Source: Mobula hypostoma
Taxonomy: Eukaryota
Assembly: GCF_963921235.1 (NCBI RefSeq)
Contig: NC_086097.1
Coordinates: 47,990,001-48,054,000, forward strand
DNA: 64,000 bases
Direction: 5' to 3'
Every line of letters starts with the position of its first letter. The first letter of the stretch is position 1. The position numbers were made by a program, and so were the translations under genes. The notes below the pieces were generated by a model. It did no database searches. It was not told the DNA's origin and saw only the letters and a list, made by a program, of their open reading frames with translations. Shown here piece after piece: positions 12,922 to 26,651 of this stretch.

Positions 12922-13008
12922 ACACCATGACATCATCAAGTTACTGCGGCAGACTGGAGCCCATTTCTCGAAAATGGAGATTATAGACGTGGGAACTGAC
13001 TTGTGCAG
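12922..13008 (+). CDS. ASPG: ASPG coding exon (HHDIIKLLRQTGAHFSKMEIIDVGTDLC), phase 2/2
   Basis: ttttgtttctgtcttctacAG acceptor; AG|GTAAGT donor at 13009. The 87 nt keep frame and match the ASPG 'LLR.AGA.....E..GTELC' segment. Not in the ORF track. Confidence 0.9.
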
Positions 13009-13172
13009 GTAAGTGTGTGATCTGGAATTTTGCCTGGCTTGCTGAGTATTTCCAGAATTTTCTGTTCGGATTGGGTGACCACCTGTGAAGCAGTTAGAAG
13101 GAATGACTGAAGCTCACTAATGGCATCCTATTCTCGCCCACTCTGACCTATCTCGCCTGTCTCCTGCAGAGC

Positions 13173-13495
13173 GATGGTAGTTTAGTGGCTAACAACTCTG
13201 TTCTAGTGCCTGCAACCTCCAGTTCGATTTCTCTGCTGTCTGAAAGAAGTTTGCACGGTGCCCCCCCATGACAGTGTGGGTTTCTTCTGGGTGTTCTGGT
13301 TTCTCCTCTCATTGCAAAGGGATACCATTTAGGGTTCCTAAGTTGTGGGCATGTTATGTTGGCGTCAGAAGCATGCTGATACTTGTGGGTCCCCCCACAT
13401 GTCATATCCTCCGCTGTGTTGGCCAATGACACATGATTAATTTCATTGTACGTTTCATTATACATGTGACAAAGCTACTCTTGATATCTTTAGTC
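13173..13495 (+). mobile_element. tRNA-derived V-SINE (HE1-like)
   Basis: A-box-like GGTAGTTTAGTGG, B-box-like GTTCGATT, then the V-domain core gtgggtttcttctgggtgttctggtttctcc..cattgcaaag. Confidence 0.65.
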
Positions 13496-14333
13496 TTTGA
13501 TACAATGACACCCACTAAGCGTGAGGCACAGCACCTTGTCTTTGTGTTTGGGCTCACTGCAGTCCCCTCGGTGCAAAATCAAATTCTACAGCTTGATTTC
13601 TGTCTGTCTACTGTGTTATTGACTCAATTTGTCTTCGCCCCTTAACATAGTCTAATTTGGCAATGCTGACCTCACCTTTTCAGAGATTTTCTTTGTCCAA
13701 TTATTTTGCCCCCTCCCCCACATCCCCTGCAAGTTAAAAGTAAACTTTCTCAGTTCGTGTGAAGGATTTTTGATTGAAATGTCTGTTACTCTTTTTCTAC
13801 AGATGCTCTCTGATCATTGAGTTTTTCCAGAATTTCTATTTAACATTTGTGATTTAAAGAACGTAATTTGTATATTGCAGAGATATCAGTAGATGTGCTT
13901 CCGTTCATGTATAAAACCTTTTAGCCATAACTGTCAAGTGAAGATTTATTTATTTTCTCCAACACTGGACCAGAACTTGAAAGTTAAATTGCTGGTGATT
14001 CAGTAATTTAAATGCCAGTCCGGTTCAGGGTCAGGGTATTAGTTATAAGCAATGTACGTTTTAATTTTTTTTTGGAATTGCATCAATAGTTGCTCCTGAA
14101 TCAGAATAGTATTGATCAGCTCCATCTTGATCAGTTCAATTCTTCAGTGTTTTGGTTTTGGCCTTGGCCTTGACAGGGAGGTATAATACAGACTTTCACT
14201 TCACTAAGAGTATGCATATAAATTTTGCTGATTATGTTGGTAACTCAAACGGCAAGTTGAATACTTAGTTTCATTTTCTGTCATCAGAGAAAAGCTAGCT
14301 TGCCCTTGGGTCATTGGTGGAATATAGATGAGT

Positions 14334-14538
14334 AGATTTGTAAATTTTAGCTGTTTGTTCCCCACCTGAATATTGGGACCTTTGCAGCTTCCCTTTCAAA
14401 GGCCCTTTAGGTGGCACTCGACAGACTTCAGACAACCACCTTAACCAACAGGTAGCTGTCTGAAATCTGCTAGGTGCCATCTAGAGGGCCTCTGAAAGGG
14501 AAATTACAAAGATGTACAGTACCTGAAATATACAAATC
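14334..14538. repeat. Imperfect long inverted repeat (MITE-like hairpin)
   Basis: 14389-14441 is an approximate reverse complement of 14450-14502; weaker outer arms gatttgtaaattttag / ctgaaatatacaaatc. Confidence 0.7.
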
Positions 14539-15034
14539 CAAGCCTGGTGATCAAGTGCAAATGAGAGAAACGAGTGTAGTTGTCCTGCAGTTTGTGCCAG
14601 ATGGTGAGTGGGCTTGTCAGTTGCCACAGCAGAAAAATTGCTGTAGATCCTGTTGGAATGACTTTTCCTTCTCAAGAATGCTGTGACCTACTGCTGGCCC
14701 ATGTTTGACAACCGCCCATTCTGTGATTGACTACAAGAAAAATAAAAAGAATGTTTCAGGGTGGGGACTGCTGTATAAATAGAACAATTCACTTATTCAC
14801 TTTTTAACCTTTGCACTGTTGGTGGAGCTTGATTTGTTACTTTGGTTTGAGAAGACAATTTAATTTCATATTTCTCATATTTCATAAAACAACTGGGCCA
14901 TTTGGGCAATCCAGTTTGTGCTGTTTTTGTGAGCAACCACAACAAACCCATTTGCCTACTTATTTGCCTGCAGCTTACTGTCTCATGTATGAATATTAAA
15001 CAACCACCCTGATCCTTCACCAGCCTTCTACACC

Positions 15035-15130
15035 AGAGGTAACTTAGTTGCCAATTAGCCCAACAATCAGTGTACCTTTTTGGAATATGGGTGGAAATGA
15101 GCACCTGGATGAAACTGATGCAGTCACACG
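15035..15130 (-). mobile_element. V-SINE fragment
   Basis: Reverse complement of the V-domain core (tttggaatatgggtggaaatgagcacctggatgaaac). Confidence 0.45.
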
Positions 15131-15339
15131 TTCTGCATCTTTGAGTTGTCACTTCAAATCCATAAGAGAATTTTCTTTCCAGTTCCTTCTAAGCAATGAA
15201 TTTGCCTTTAAGTAATTTTGCGGGTCTTTTAGGTTCAAAGTTAAATCACATTGCAATGTTAATTAGTAATGATTGAGTATAGGTGTGATAGAAATGTTTA
15301 ACTTTATTTGCATATGCCAAAACTTGGCTTGACCATTTT

Positions 15340-15942
15340 TGGATTTGGTTCATTATTGTCACATGATCTGAGAGACAGTGAAAAGCTTATTCTGCATAGT
15401 GTTCATACAGATCAATTTGTTACATAGTACATTGAAGTTCGAACAAGGTAAGACAATAACAGAAAAGAGGATGAAGTGTAAAGGCACATAGAAATTGCAG
15501 TGCAGGTAAACCAAGTGCAAGATCATAACTTGTATAGTTGATGTCAAGAGTCCATCTTATCTCCCTAGGAAACCATTAGGTAGTCTCATAACAGTGGATA
15601 TAAACTGCCCTCAAGCCTGACTGGTACAGTACATGCTTTCTGGATTTTGTATCTTGAGTCTGATAGAAGAAGGGACGAGAGAGAACGTCTGGGGTGGATA
15701 GTTTCTTTGATGCTGGCTGCTTTACTGTGGCAGTGAAGGATGGACGGTCCATGGAGGGGGGAGGCTGGTTTCTGTGTGCTGTGTCCACGACTCGCTGTAG
15801 TGCCTTGTGGTCACGTGCAGAGCCGTTGCCATACCAAGTCATGATCCACCCAGACAGAAGGCTTTCAATGGTGCATCGATGTAAAAAGTGGTGAGGGTCC
15901 ACAGGGACGTGTCAAATTTCTTTAGCCCCTGAGGAAGTAGAA
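15340..15942 (-). mobile_element. Rex1/Babar-like LINE 3' fragment
   Basis: HRCTIESLLSGWIMTWYGN...KALQRVVDTA is typical of Rex-type ORF2 C-termini. The 3' UTR is shared with a short copy at about 6745-6897. Confidence 0.65.
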
Positions 15943-18404
15943 GATTTCTGTTGGGCCTATTGTAAAGATCGAGAAATCTTGACATTCTGTAAAGGTCTGA
16001 CTTGTAATTACTGAGCTGAAATCTGAATTTGTAAGCTTAATTTATCATTTAAGCCTCAAAGGGGTGTCTCTTTGACTTGAATCTTTGCGTGTGTGGTGAT
16101 CTATTTTTAAATTTATTTTTAAAACCCCTTCTAAGCAAAATGCTGTCCTCTATAATTCATGTTCAACCTGCTTTCTTCACATCTTGGTATTGGCTGGTGT
16201 TGTTGTGTAGCAAGGTAGAATGAAGCTCCGGGTGCTCGCTTATGAAACATTTATTTGCATTTAACTGTTTAACTGAATTAAAGAGACTTTTTTTTAAAGG
16301 GGAACGTTGAGCAGTTTAACACAGTGCTTCTGTTTGAGATGCTTTGAATAATTTTGTCCATAATTCTGCATCTTTTCACTGAAATTAATTTTGTGATTCA
16401 AAAATTGGCTGTGTGAAAATGGCAGCATTGTTTACTTTTAGTAGTTCCCAACTTCCTCGTGGGGGGAAAAGTGGGAAAGTAGAAATGAGATGATAACAAT
16501 GCCAAAATGGAGCCAATGATCACCACATTGAGGAAAAAAATGCTCAGTTTTCTTCCTAATGACACTGATGGAATCACATTGTTTCCTGCTTGATTCTAAC
16601 TTGATCCTTGTTTAAAACAAAAAGATTGCTTTGACTTCAGTACTCCAGGAGTTGCAATAAAATGACTCAATGATAGGCCAGGTCATCAAAATGCTCTCAA
16701 AACACTTGAAATAAATTAATCAAGAAAATTAATTTATCATTTATTTATCTTTCTGAAGTGGTAGATCAGAATTGTGAACATGCAAGCATCACCAAACTTA
16801 AAGCCCTGTTTAGGTACTGTAGCTGGTGAATTGGTTTTGGTATGGAAATTGGTGGATTTGCTTGCAGTTTTGCTGTGAACATCTTGCTGACTATGTTGGT
16901 TAGGGGTGTTGTCTGCAAAATTGAACCCGCCAAGGCAATTCAAGAACAGTCTGCTGCATCCAGAACTTGGGTCCTCCAGCTTAAGTAGTGTGTGCGCACG
17001 TCTTCAAGTCTTTGCCAACTTGTTCACTGAAGCAAATGGGACAATGGGCCTTGTACCTCTGTAAAACATCTTACTCACAATAAAGGTCCATGATGAAATT
17101 CTGGGAAAGATGGACCATTTTCCAAAGCTCAGGAGCTAATGTTTCACACAGGCATGTATTGATAATGAAAAATGAACTGCTGGAGGAACTCAGTGGGTCA
17201 GGCAGCATCCGTAGAAGCAGAGGAGTGGCCAGTGTTTCAGGTTGAGACCCCACATTGGGACTGAGAGTGTAAAAGGAAGATGGCTAGTATAAAGAGTGGA
17301 GACTAAGCAGACGTGCTCTGTCTGTACTGCCATCATGATGTACTGCTTGTAAGTCATTTCAGCTCCTCTCACCTTGCCCTGTTTGTCCCCAGCAATCTCT
17401 ACTGTTAAGATGAGGCCAGACGTAAACCGGAGCATCACTTCATGTTTTGAGTGGTTAGTCTATACTCGTCAACTGCTGGCCTCTGTAGCTATCTTCACCG
17501 TCTCACTTGGCTTCATTTGTCCATCAACCCCTCTTCATCTGGATCTACCTATTGTTTAACTATTCCTACCTTACTCTGTACGCTCACCATTTGATACTGG
17601 CCATCTCCCCTTTACACACTCAGTCCTGAAACAATAACTCCAGCAGAATTTTGTTCTGGGTTTCAGCATCTGCCATCTCTTCATAAAATTGCCCATTGCT
17701 TTCAATGTGCCTGTAAAGCCTTCAGATGTCTGAAGAAAAGTAATCTTCATCTTCAAACACAAATCATCTCAGCTCACAGTATACTGAGCAGATTGAAAAT
17801 TTTCAAGCTTGCCTCAAGAATGTGTAACATCTTCCTATAACACATATGAACGAGCTAGAGTTGAAAAGAGCCTGTTGTAACATTTTTTACAAATTTGCCT
17901 GCTGTCTTTGAAGGAAAATACTTCTTAGAATTTGACATGGAGTTTGATTGTTCACTGATTTTTTTTTTTCCCCTAATATCTCAGTGTATGCATTGTGCTA
18001 TCAAATTTTAGTGTCTTGATCGGGATACTTTTATTTTAAGTGGATCTCACATGGGACATTTTATCTCTTTAGTTATATAATGAAGAACTTTTAACAAAGA
18101 ACAATACAGTGAAAATATTTTAGTAATGGTAATCTTAACGTTATTTTTAAGATCACATTTACCTTTTTCATAATTAATTCTCATACCCAGCACTTAAAAT
18201 GTTTTCTTCCTGCTTCCGTTTTGTCTTTGTCATCCATTTTTACATTGTTGACGTGAGTGATCAGGTCCAACATAATTACCGAGTAGGCAGTAGGTTGAAA
18301 GTTTAAAATATTTGACAAGAACAAAGTGAGCCCAGCCACTGATATGTTACTTCTGTTTTACTACCCATGTGAGAAAAATGTAAAATATTGTTTGTTCTGA
18401 CCAG

Positions 18405-18504
18405 TTTGGCTGCAAATTGTGACATAAAAGGACTTCAGGCTTGGGAGCTCGCAGGACTTGACTTTAAGCAATCCAGCTACGATGGACAAAATCCTCTGCA
18501 GGTG
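18405..18504 (+). CDS. ASPG: ASPG coding exon (SLAANCDIKGLQAWELAGLDFKQSSYDGQNPLQV), phase 2/0
   Basis: CAG acceptor ending 18404; GTAAGT donor at 18505. The 100 nt restore phase 0 and match the ASPG 'GLQ.W..AG.D..Q..YDG' segment. Confidence 0.9.
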
Positions 18505-18725
18505 GTAAGTAAAACTGTATTTGGGGAGAAACCAGAGGAGAGTTGCATTAAAAATCTCAGGGCTGACATTCCTCCCAAATGAGACATACATGATGCTTCA
18601 GCATTCTTGCCTGAGCTGCTCATTAGCTTCTATTCAAAAATAGCTGTTGGCACTTTCATGATATGAATCACATTTTTCAGCTGGGTGAAGCTAAACTGCA
18701 TGAATGTTTCTGCCTTTGCCTCTAG

Positions 18726-18791
18726 GCTTTGGCTGCTGGGAATGAAGAGGTGGTTGCATACCTTCAATCAAGACTCCAGCAAAACACACTG
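18726..18791 (+). CDS. ASPG: ASPG coding exon (ALAAGNEEVVAYLQSRLQQNTL), phase 0/0
   Basis: tgcctttgcctcTAG acceptor; GTAAGA donor at 18792. Matches 'AEAAGN..VVAFLQS' near the ASPG C-terminus. No stop codon, so at least one more exon follows. Confidence 0.88.
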
Positions 18792-19509
18792 GTAAGAGTT
18801 GTGTAAAATTAGTTCAACCATAATCAAAAAATCTAAATTATAATATTATAATAAATCTGACTTTTTTTTTTACCTTGAGCAGTCTACGTAGAATATCCCA
18901 GGGAAGTGCAGTAAACAATACACCATGTAGTAAGCATCTACAAGCTATAGCTTTATACATCTTTTCCCTTTTGGAATAAAGTCCTGCAGCTTGAGTCAAC
19001 TTTAGAAGCCAGCTAGATCAGTTTCAAGCCACGCTGGGGGACCTGCATTCAACTTCAAGCAGTTTGTTTCTAAGAGACAGTGAAGAGGGTGTTAAGCTGG
19101 CTAAAAACTTCAAGGTGGAAAATATATTTTATAAAAAGAACATGTATGGAGGTAGTGAATGAGCATGAAAATAATTCTCAAAAGATTTCTTGATCAGTTG
19201 GATCAAGGATAAAATCTCTCTTGCCTTCTGTTTCTCTTCATTGCTCTGTTCTTGTTGAAAGATGACCCTTCCCTCTTGTTCACGATGCTCATTATCTTCT
19301 GCTTCTGAATGTAGTCTAAAAGAATTTCTTACTGAACTGTTTTTCTCCTTTATCACTCATCTCCATAATGTGAATATTAAACATTATTGCTTGGTCTCAA
19401 TTTCTGGACCATAATATATGGAATCATAACTTATGAATGCCTATATTTGAAAGAAAATTTGTTGTACAGGCTTTGGATTGGTGGGTGACCATCTGGTGAA
19501 ATAAGGGAG

Positions 19510-20510
19510 TTGGGTCCCCTGTGGCCATTCTCCTTGGCAATAAGTTTGGCTCTTTGGCTACTGTGATGCTGGCTGGTTGTGCAGTTCATCAGGGGAGGAT
19601 GAAGTCAGGCAAAGCAATAGTGATAGACTTGTTTGTTAAGGATATTCTGTGGCATAAGACATGCCGGGATGGTGTGTTGCCTCCCAAGTGTGGAGTTGAG
19701 GATGTCTCTGGCTGCAGAAACCTGGTCAGAGTGGAAGGACTGAGGGGAAGGTAGATGTAAACAGGCGGCAGCGACAGTGTAATAGACACCATGAGATAAA
19801 TGGTTTGAAGTGTTTATTTTAATGCTAAGTGAACTATGGGTAAGGGTAATTAACCTAGTGTATGGATCAGTACATAGAACTATGATGTAGCTTAGTGGAG
19901 ATTTGGCTGAGAGCAAGTCTAGAATGGATGCTTAATGTCACAGGGTTTTGATGCTTTAGAAAAGCTGGAGAGTGAATTAAAAGGTGCAGGTATTGTCCTA
20001 TTAATCAGGGACGGTATCACAGCTGTACTCCAGAGGGGCAGAGGGGCATAATGAAGACTCATCCACTGAGTGGACTTTTTGGAAAAAAAAAAGATGGAAT
20101 CACTCTGGAATTGTCTTAATCGATTCTTTCTCTCTTCCTCCCCCCCCCCCCCCCATAGAGACTGGGACATTGAGAAACAGATACTAAGGCAGATTAGGGA
20201 AAGTTGTGAAAACAGGATTGTTGTAGAACAGGGGTTCCCAACCTGGGATATAGACCCCTTGTTTAATGATATTAGTCCACAGCATATAAAGGTTGGGAAC
20301 CCCTATTGTAGAAGGTTCTCCTTCAAAGAGCAGGGTTTCCCTTCCTTGTCCACTGAAACTGCCATCCCCTGTATCTCCTCCATTTCCTGGACATCCACTG
20401 CCCAGAACCGATTCAGTAATGAGGTGAGTGAAGCTGGTCAGGAGCCTGGTAGTTGTAGTTTTGCACAACATTGTGGGCCAGTGGGCCTGTTCCTGTACTG
20501 TACTATGTTC
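19510..20510 (+). mobile_element. Very degraded CR1 mosaic (ORF1/APE remnants and 3' tail) with nested MITE and PLE piece
   Basis: Similar to the CR1 at 6903 (VAI.L.NK, VLPPKCGV, DIEKQILRQI); CR1-type tail ggcctgttcctgtactgtactatgttc near 20490. Confidence 0.5.
20229..20305. mobile_element. 77-bp hAT MITE with 8-bp TSD
   Basis: TIRs CAGGGGTTCCCAACCT / AGGTTGGGAACCCCTA; TSD TTGTAGAA at 20221-20228 and 20306-20313. Confidence 0.85.
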
Positions 20511-22789
20511 AACCCTTACTTTCATTCTTGAGAAGAACAATAACTTTTCTCCATCCCACTTCCAGGTCTTGGGATGAAGCAAATTTATTGGTCCAAACAA
20601 AACTTAAAATTGTATCATAATTAATCTAGATGGCTATTGGGTAGTTTTCCTTTAGATATTCTAAGCAAGTGCTTAGTGTGAGTGTGCAAAATCTGCACAA
20701 AACTTTAAACTTGTTTAAGAATGAGTAGCCAGCTATTTTAACTGTGAATTATTTCACTTCAAAGAGTTGCGAAATTGACTTCCATCAATGTAACTTCAAA
20801 CTGAACTTTTGATTAGGCTGAAACGTGTTTGTGCTTTGTGGTTTGAAAATGTGCCCATTAACTTAATTCTTGACTCTAATCTGATAAATCAGGAAGGTGC
20901 CTTGCTTCTTTTAAAAACTTCTGTTTAAGCTACAACTTTCTCCCCATTTGTGAGCAGCCTACCAAAGACAGGAAATGCATATTTTTCTTTATTGATACGA
21001 TACAGGATCTGTGGTATGAGATACAGGTCAGGACAAACCTGATGAGCATGATGCTTTTCAAATCTATACAGTGCCCAACCCAACTGCAGAATTGCTTTAA
21101 CGTTCCTAATAAGTGACCACGTTCTTTATGAATATGGGCAGGATGGTATGGGATGTCTTGGGTGCTGGTGGTGGGGCTTCCTTTGTAAATCTGGAGCGAG
21201 CAATCACCACGTCCTGAGTCTGTTTTTCCTTTTGAGTGTCCTTTGTTTTTGGAAAGAAACTGTTTTTTAAAAATTAGCTGTAGAAAAGCTGCATGTAACT
21301 GCGGCATGTATCATAAGCAAATATAAAGAAAATTGAGGGACTTCAAGAAAATTATTAGGTTTGAAAACAAAATTTGCTAGTAAATATCTTGTGACAGAGC
21401 TTCAGTAATGAATCCTTACTCAGTATCCACGTAGTTGCAAGATTACATAAGCATTTAATATCCAGATGCTTAGGGAAGTTTCTGACTACATTGAAACATA
21501 ACTATCTTTAGATAAAGAAACTTGCTTTATCGATGGAAATGTTGCCTTGATGTTTTTGCAAGCTTCCTGTTTTTCTATTTCTACTGAAAGTATTAAAGTA
21601 ATTGTTTAATGGAATCATTATCTAGTTAGTAATTATTTGAAACATTGAGAGTGAATTGAGAAGAATCTTAAAGTAGATGAAGCAAAGCAGTGATAGACTA
21701 CGGGAGCTGGCTTGAATCTTTTTGTCTCTTTTTATTGACTTAGCTGCTTGCTGCCCATAGCTCCAATGATATTTAAACCATTGAAGATTATAATGGGTGT
21801 AAATTAATTATCAAAGAGTCAAATTGAAATAACTGGCTTTGTCTTTAGAAGGTAAACGATGAAGTAATGTTGAACTTGTATATCTTGTAAACATCTGTTA
21901 TCATCACTTCTGATGTATTTTTTTTTAAAAAGTGGAAAGGAGGTAGTATAGATTTACTAGATGTACTAGACCAAGGAGACTGGGTCTGAAGAATGGCAAA
22001 TGAAGTTATTGAATTAAACTGAACCATTGAATTAAAGATTACAGATTAACCTAATAGAAAACTTAAAAGTAAAAGAAAAGTATTGTTTTCTGTAAAGGAA
22101 TAGTTATTTTCTTTCGCCAAGAAAATTACATTTTTGCAAATTGTCAAGGAGTTTAGTATTAATCTTTACAAAGAGGATAGTTGATATTCTCTGAATTGGA
22201 AATTAACTTATTTGAGGAGGGTGTATTAGGATGTGGAGAAACAGAAAAAAGGGATAAAACTCAGCAGCTAGGGCTGAATGGCCTATGTATTGTAACTTAA
22301 AATGTGGCAATGTAGCATAGTGGATGAACCATATTGCTCAGTTTGCAATGTGGTTTTCCACCACCAGCCATTTAGAAGCAGATTCTTCTGTCTTGAACTC
22401 TGATCCTTGTTTACACTCACTCCAGACAATTTGTGGAGCTGACGGACTGGCACTTCATTTGGATATGAGACTGCAGCTGTTATAGTGTGGAACAAATCAG
22501 GCTGAATAGCAGCTATTGGCGGGTGTAAAAGAATTGTCAACAGTTGTAGGACCTTGCATGGGAATTGGCAGTGGGGAGAGATGATGGATGAGGAGCAGAG
22601 CAAGGGTGAGACAGGCTGGTTGGTCATAGATGCACTGAGGAGGAGAACGAATGGTGGGCAGATGGTTCTAGTTTGCCAAGTGGAGGGAGGGGAGAGAGAA
22701 ATTGAAGACATGCTGAAGGGTAATGAGAGGGTACGGAAAGTACTGGAATCTGATAAGGAAGGAAGGTGATAATGGGACATGGGAGGCAG

Positions 22790-24150
22790 TAGATACTAAG
22801 CTGATGGAGAAGATCCTGAGAGGCAGGATTTATGAACATTTGGAGAGGCATAATATGAATTGGAATAGTCTGCTTCGCTTTGTCAAAGGCAGGTCGTGCC
22901 TTACGAGCCTGATTGAAGCTTTTGAGGATGTGACTAAACACATTGAAGGTAGAGCAGTAGATGTAGTGTATATGGATTTCAGCAAGGCATTTGATAAGGT
23001 ACCCCATGCAAGGCTTATTGAGAAGGTAAGGATTGTACGCTCTAGTATCAATTGTTTAGTGACAATAAAGTAAAGGAGGCATGGGATCCAAAGGGACATT
23101 GCTTTGTGGATCCAGAATTGGCTTGCCGATGAAGGCAAAGAGTGGTTGTAGACTGGTGATATTCTGCATGGAGGTCGGTGACTAGTGGTGTGATCTGGGA
23201 CCCTTTTTGTGATTTTTTTTTTTAAATGATCTGGATGAGGAAGTGGAGGGATGGGTTAGTAAGTCTGCTGATGACACAAAGGTTGGAGATGTTGTGGATA
23301 GTGTGGAGGGCTGTCAGAGGTTACAGCAGGACAGCAATAGGATGCAAAACTGGGCTGAGAAGTGACAGATGTTCAACCCAGATAAGTGTGAGGTGGTTCA
23401 TTTCAGTAGGTCAAATATGATGGCAGAATATAGTATTAATGGTAAGACTCTTGGCAGTATGGAGGATCAGAGGGATCTTGGGGTCCAAGTCCATAGGACA
23501 CTCAGAGCTGCTGCACAAGTTGATTGTGTGGTTAAGAAGGCGTACGGTGCATTGGCCTTCATTAACTGTGGGACTGAGTTTAAGAGCCAAGAGGTAATGT
23601 TACAGCTATCTGGTCAGACCCCACTTGGAGTACTGTGCTCAGTTCTGGGCACCCCACTACAGGAAGGATGTGGAAACTATAAAAAGGGTGCAGAGGAGAT
23701 TTACAAGGATGTTGCCTGGATTGGGGAGCATGCCTTATGAGAAAAGGTTGAGTGAGCTTGGCCTTTTCTCCTTGGATAGATGAAGGATGGGAGGTGACCT
23801 GAGAGGTGTATAAGATGATGAGAGGTATTGATCGTGTGGATAGTCAGAGGCTTTTTCCCAGGGCTGAAATGGTTGCCACAAGAGGGCACAGTTTTATGGT
23901 GCTTGGAAGTAGGTACAGGGGAGATGTCAGAGGCAAGTTTTTTTACGCTGAGTGCGTGGAATGGGCTGCCAGCGATGGTGGTGGAGGCAGATACGATTGG
24001 GTCTTTTAAGGGATTCCGGAATAGGTACATGGAGCTTAGAAAAATAGAGGTCTGTGGGTAACCCTAGGTAATTTCTAAAATTAGTACATTTGGGACGGCA
24101 TCGTAAGGGCCAGTATTGTGCTGTAGGTTTTCTAGTTTTCTGTGTTTCTG
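22790..24150 (+). mobile_element. 5'-truncated CR1 LINE (RT and 3' UTR)
   Basis: [40 protein letters not shown]1 tail near 24140. Confidence 0.88.
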
Positions 24151-26329
24151 TGAACCTAGAGCAAAACAAACTGACGGAGGAGCTCTGTTAGGTAGCATCT
24201 GTGGAGGGAAATAGACAGTCTGTTTCAGATTCAGAACCTACCTCAAGAGTGGAGCATCTTGCCCAGATAAAGGGTTTCAATCCATAGCATTGGTGTCATG
24301 ATTCCTGGAAATGTCTGACAACTATGCATTCAAATCCCTGACTAGCCAGCTACACATTGACACTAAATGTCTTCAGCAGGATTACTCCAAACTAGCAAGC
24401 TATTTGGTTGCAAGCTGTTTTTTTTGTTCAGACAGTTGGAGCATTCTCACTCTGGAGATCTTGGAAGTTAACCATTCCCTTGATTGCCTTAGTGCCACTG
24501 TGTGTAGGATGGAATGCAGAATACGAGATAGACAATGTTTGTTGTAGTATTGAGTACAGCAGAGCTTCCTGGTTATTGTGTTGAGTGAACTCAAGCCTTT
24601 TCATACACAATTTTTAGTGCTATCCTTGAATACCAACCAGTGACCTGGGCAAGGCTGAAGTTTGCAGGAACCGGATTTCACAGCACCTTGGAGTCTGCCC
24701 ACAGTTGGACGCGGTGACTACTGCACATTTGCAAAAGACAACAGTTTATTTTAAAGAATAACCTATTGTAAGATTCATTGGTAGATATATTTGAAACAAT
24801 ATTATCCCTCCACCTCCCATGGAACAATGAAAAAATTACTTTGTACGGCTTTTGATCCAATAATGCATCATTGTTACTTAAACTATGTGCTTAGTGAATT
24901 GATTTGTGTTGTTCAACTCTTTGCTTCATTGTTTTGCTGGATTTGTGTTTCGCTGATTGTTGAGCTGCAGAAGAAGCAGTCATCTTGTGATTTTAAAAAT
25001 TCATTGTGATCCTACCCATAATGGTAATGAGTTTATTCAAATTTGCTGCTGCTATGATTACTGATGACTTGAAAGCAACTGATATCATTGAAAGCACCTT
25101 TTGCAATTTACATTTAATTCATTAATCTGCACTTGCAAGTGTGACATTTCATTCCCTTGTACGAGGGATTATATCTGAAAGGTTAGATTAAATAATGCAA
25201 GATATTGTGCATGCTTCTGCAGGTTCAGTCAGTCATGAGTTAATTCACTGGCAGCAATTGACAGCGGTAGAAATTAGGAAGTAATCTTGAGAGGAGTGAT
25301 CAATGCATCTTGCTGCTATAAATACACACAGGTATAAAGGTAGGGGAGCTAAAAATAAATATTGTTGCAGGTAATGTCTTCCGTTGAAAGTTATTCCTCC
25401 AGATTCGTTTTTTTTTTAAACAGTTCTATGACTAAGTATAACACTTTTCTCCTAAAATTCTAATAATTTTGTAGAACTGGGAATAGTTCTTTAATTTTGG
25501 ATTGAATTGTGTCCTGTAGGGCTTATCACAACGTCTGAACAATTCCCCCTCAATGGATTTTATTTTATCACTGATTTCCACAATATTACCTTGTCTAGGA
25601 TTAAGTCTACGTACATTTTGTTCATTTTGCTATTCCCATTTAGCCCAATTTTCAGTTTAAGGAGCAGCCAATGTTACAGACACACCAAAGGTTTTGAAAT
25701 GTATGTGCTTTTTGCCTTTATTATCATTGACTTGCTCCATGGACATTGTATTTGTACATCATTTGCTAATTTAATTTTTGTTTGCTTGACAAAGTGTTAA
25801 ATAAAGTGCCATTTAAGACATCAATTGTTTATGCCTCTGCATTTCTTGTACAATCCATATTACTGCATTTTTAAGCTTACATTCCTTTCAAGACTTGTTT
25901 ATTTATCCATTAAAGATTTTTAGTTAGGGGCAAATCATGAATTGATACGATGGTTCTATTAAGTTTATTCTGAAAAGTTGTAAGAGACAAATTGCATAAA
26001 TATCATGGACAGTATTAGGTATTTTAGAGTCTGCTTCATAACATCATGTTTCACTGAAGAGATTTTGTATTAAACTTCAGCAATGATTAAGCTTTAAAAT
26101 ACTTAATGAAAAGTTCAGTATGCTTCCTCAAGCAGTAACTCGTAATAACTAAGTAATTCATAACAAATATGGAATTATTTGAACAAAATATTGTCCAAAC
26201 ATTAGCAATAGCATTCTGCTGCTTTAATGGGACTTCAAGTTCAAGTCTGCCTGAGAAAGCATAGATGATTTTGACTTCATCTGAGAGTGAACCCTCCCAT
26301 TCCTTCACTATTGCATTAGGAGGTTACCC

Positions 26330-26425
26330 TAGATTATTGCGCTCAAGTATCAAGAATGAATCTTGAAGACTCAACATTCTGACTCAAATTTGAGTGGTGC
26401 CTACCCTTGGATCACAATTGACACA
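26330..26425 (-). mobile_element. SINE head fragment (SacSINE-like)
   Basis: Reverse complement resembles a tRNA-related SINE head (…gagtcagaatgttgagtcttcaagattc…ttgagcgcaataatctagg). Confidence 0.4.
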
Positions 26426-26467
26426 TTTACATTGAGACTGTGTTTACAAACATCTGGTATTTGGAAC

Positions 26468-26651
26468 ACAAAATAATCTGCAGATGCTACCAGCCTTCTC
26501 CTTCCACCGTCCCGCCACCTTCTTTATAGGGCCTCTCTGCCCCTTCCTTCTTCAGTCCTGACGAAGGGTTCCGGCGTGAAACGTCGACTGATCGTTTCCA
26601 CGGATGCTACCCGACCTGCTGAGTTCCTCCAGTGTGTTGTGAGTGTTACTT
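26468..26651 (+). mobile_element. Penelope-like terminal insertion with an inverted piece and 13-bp TSD
   Basis: TGGTATTTGGAAC at 26455-26467 and 26652-26664. The first ~20 bp are the reverse complement of the terminus seen at 4853-4876. Confidence 0.75.
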
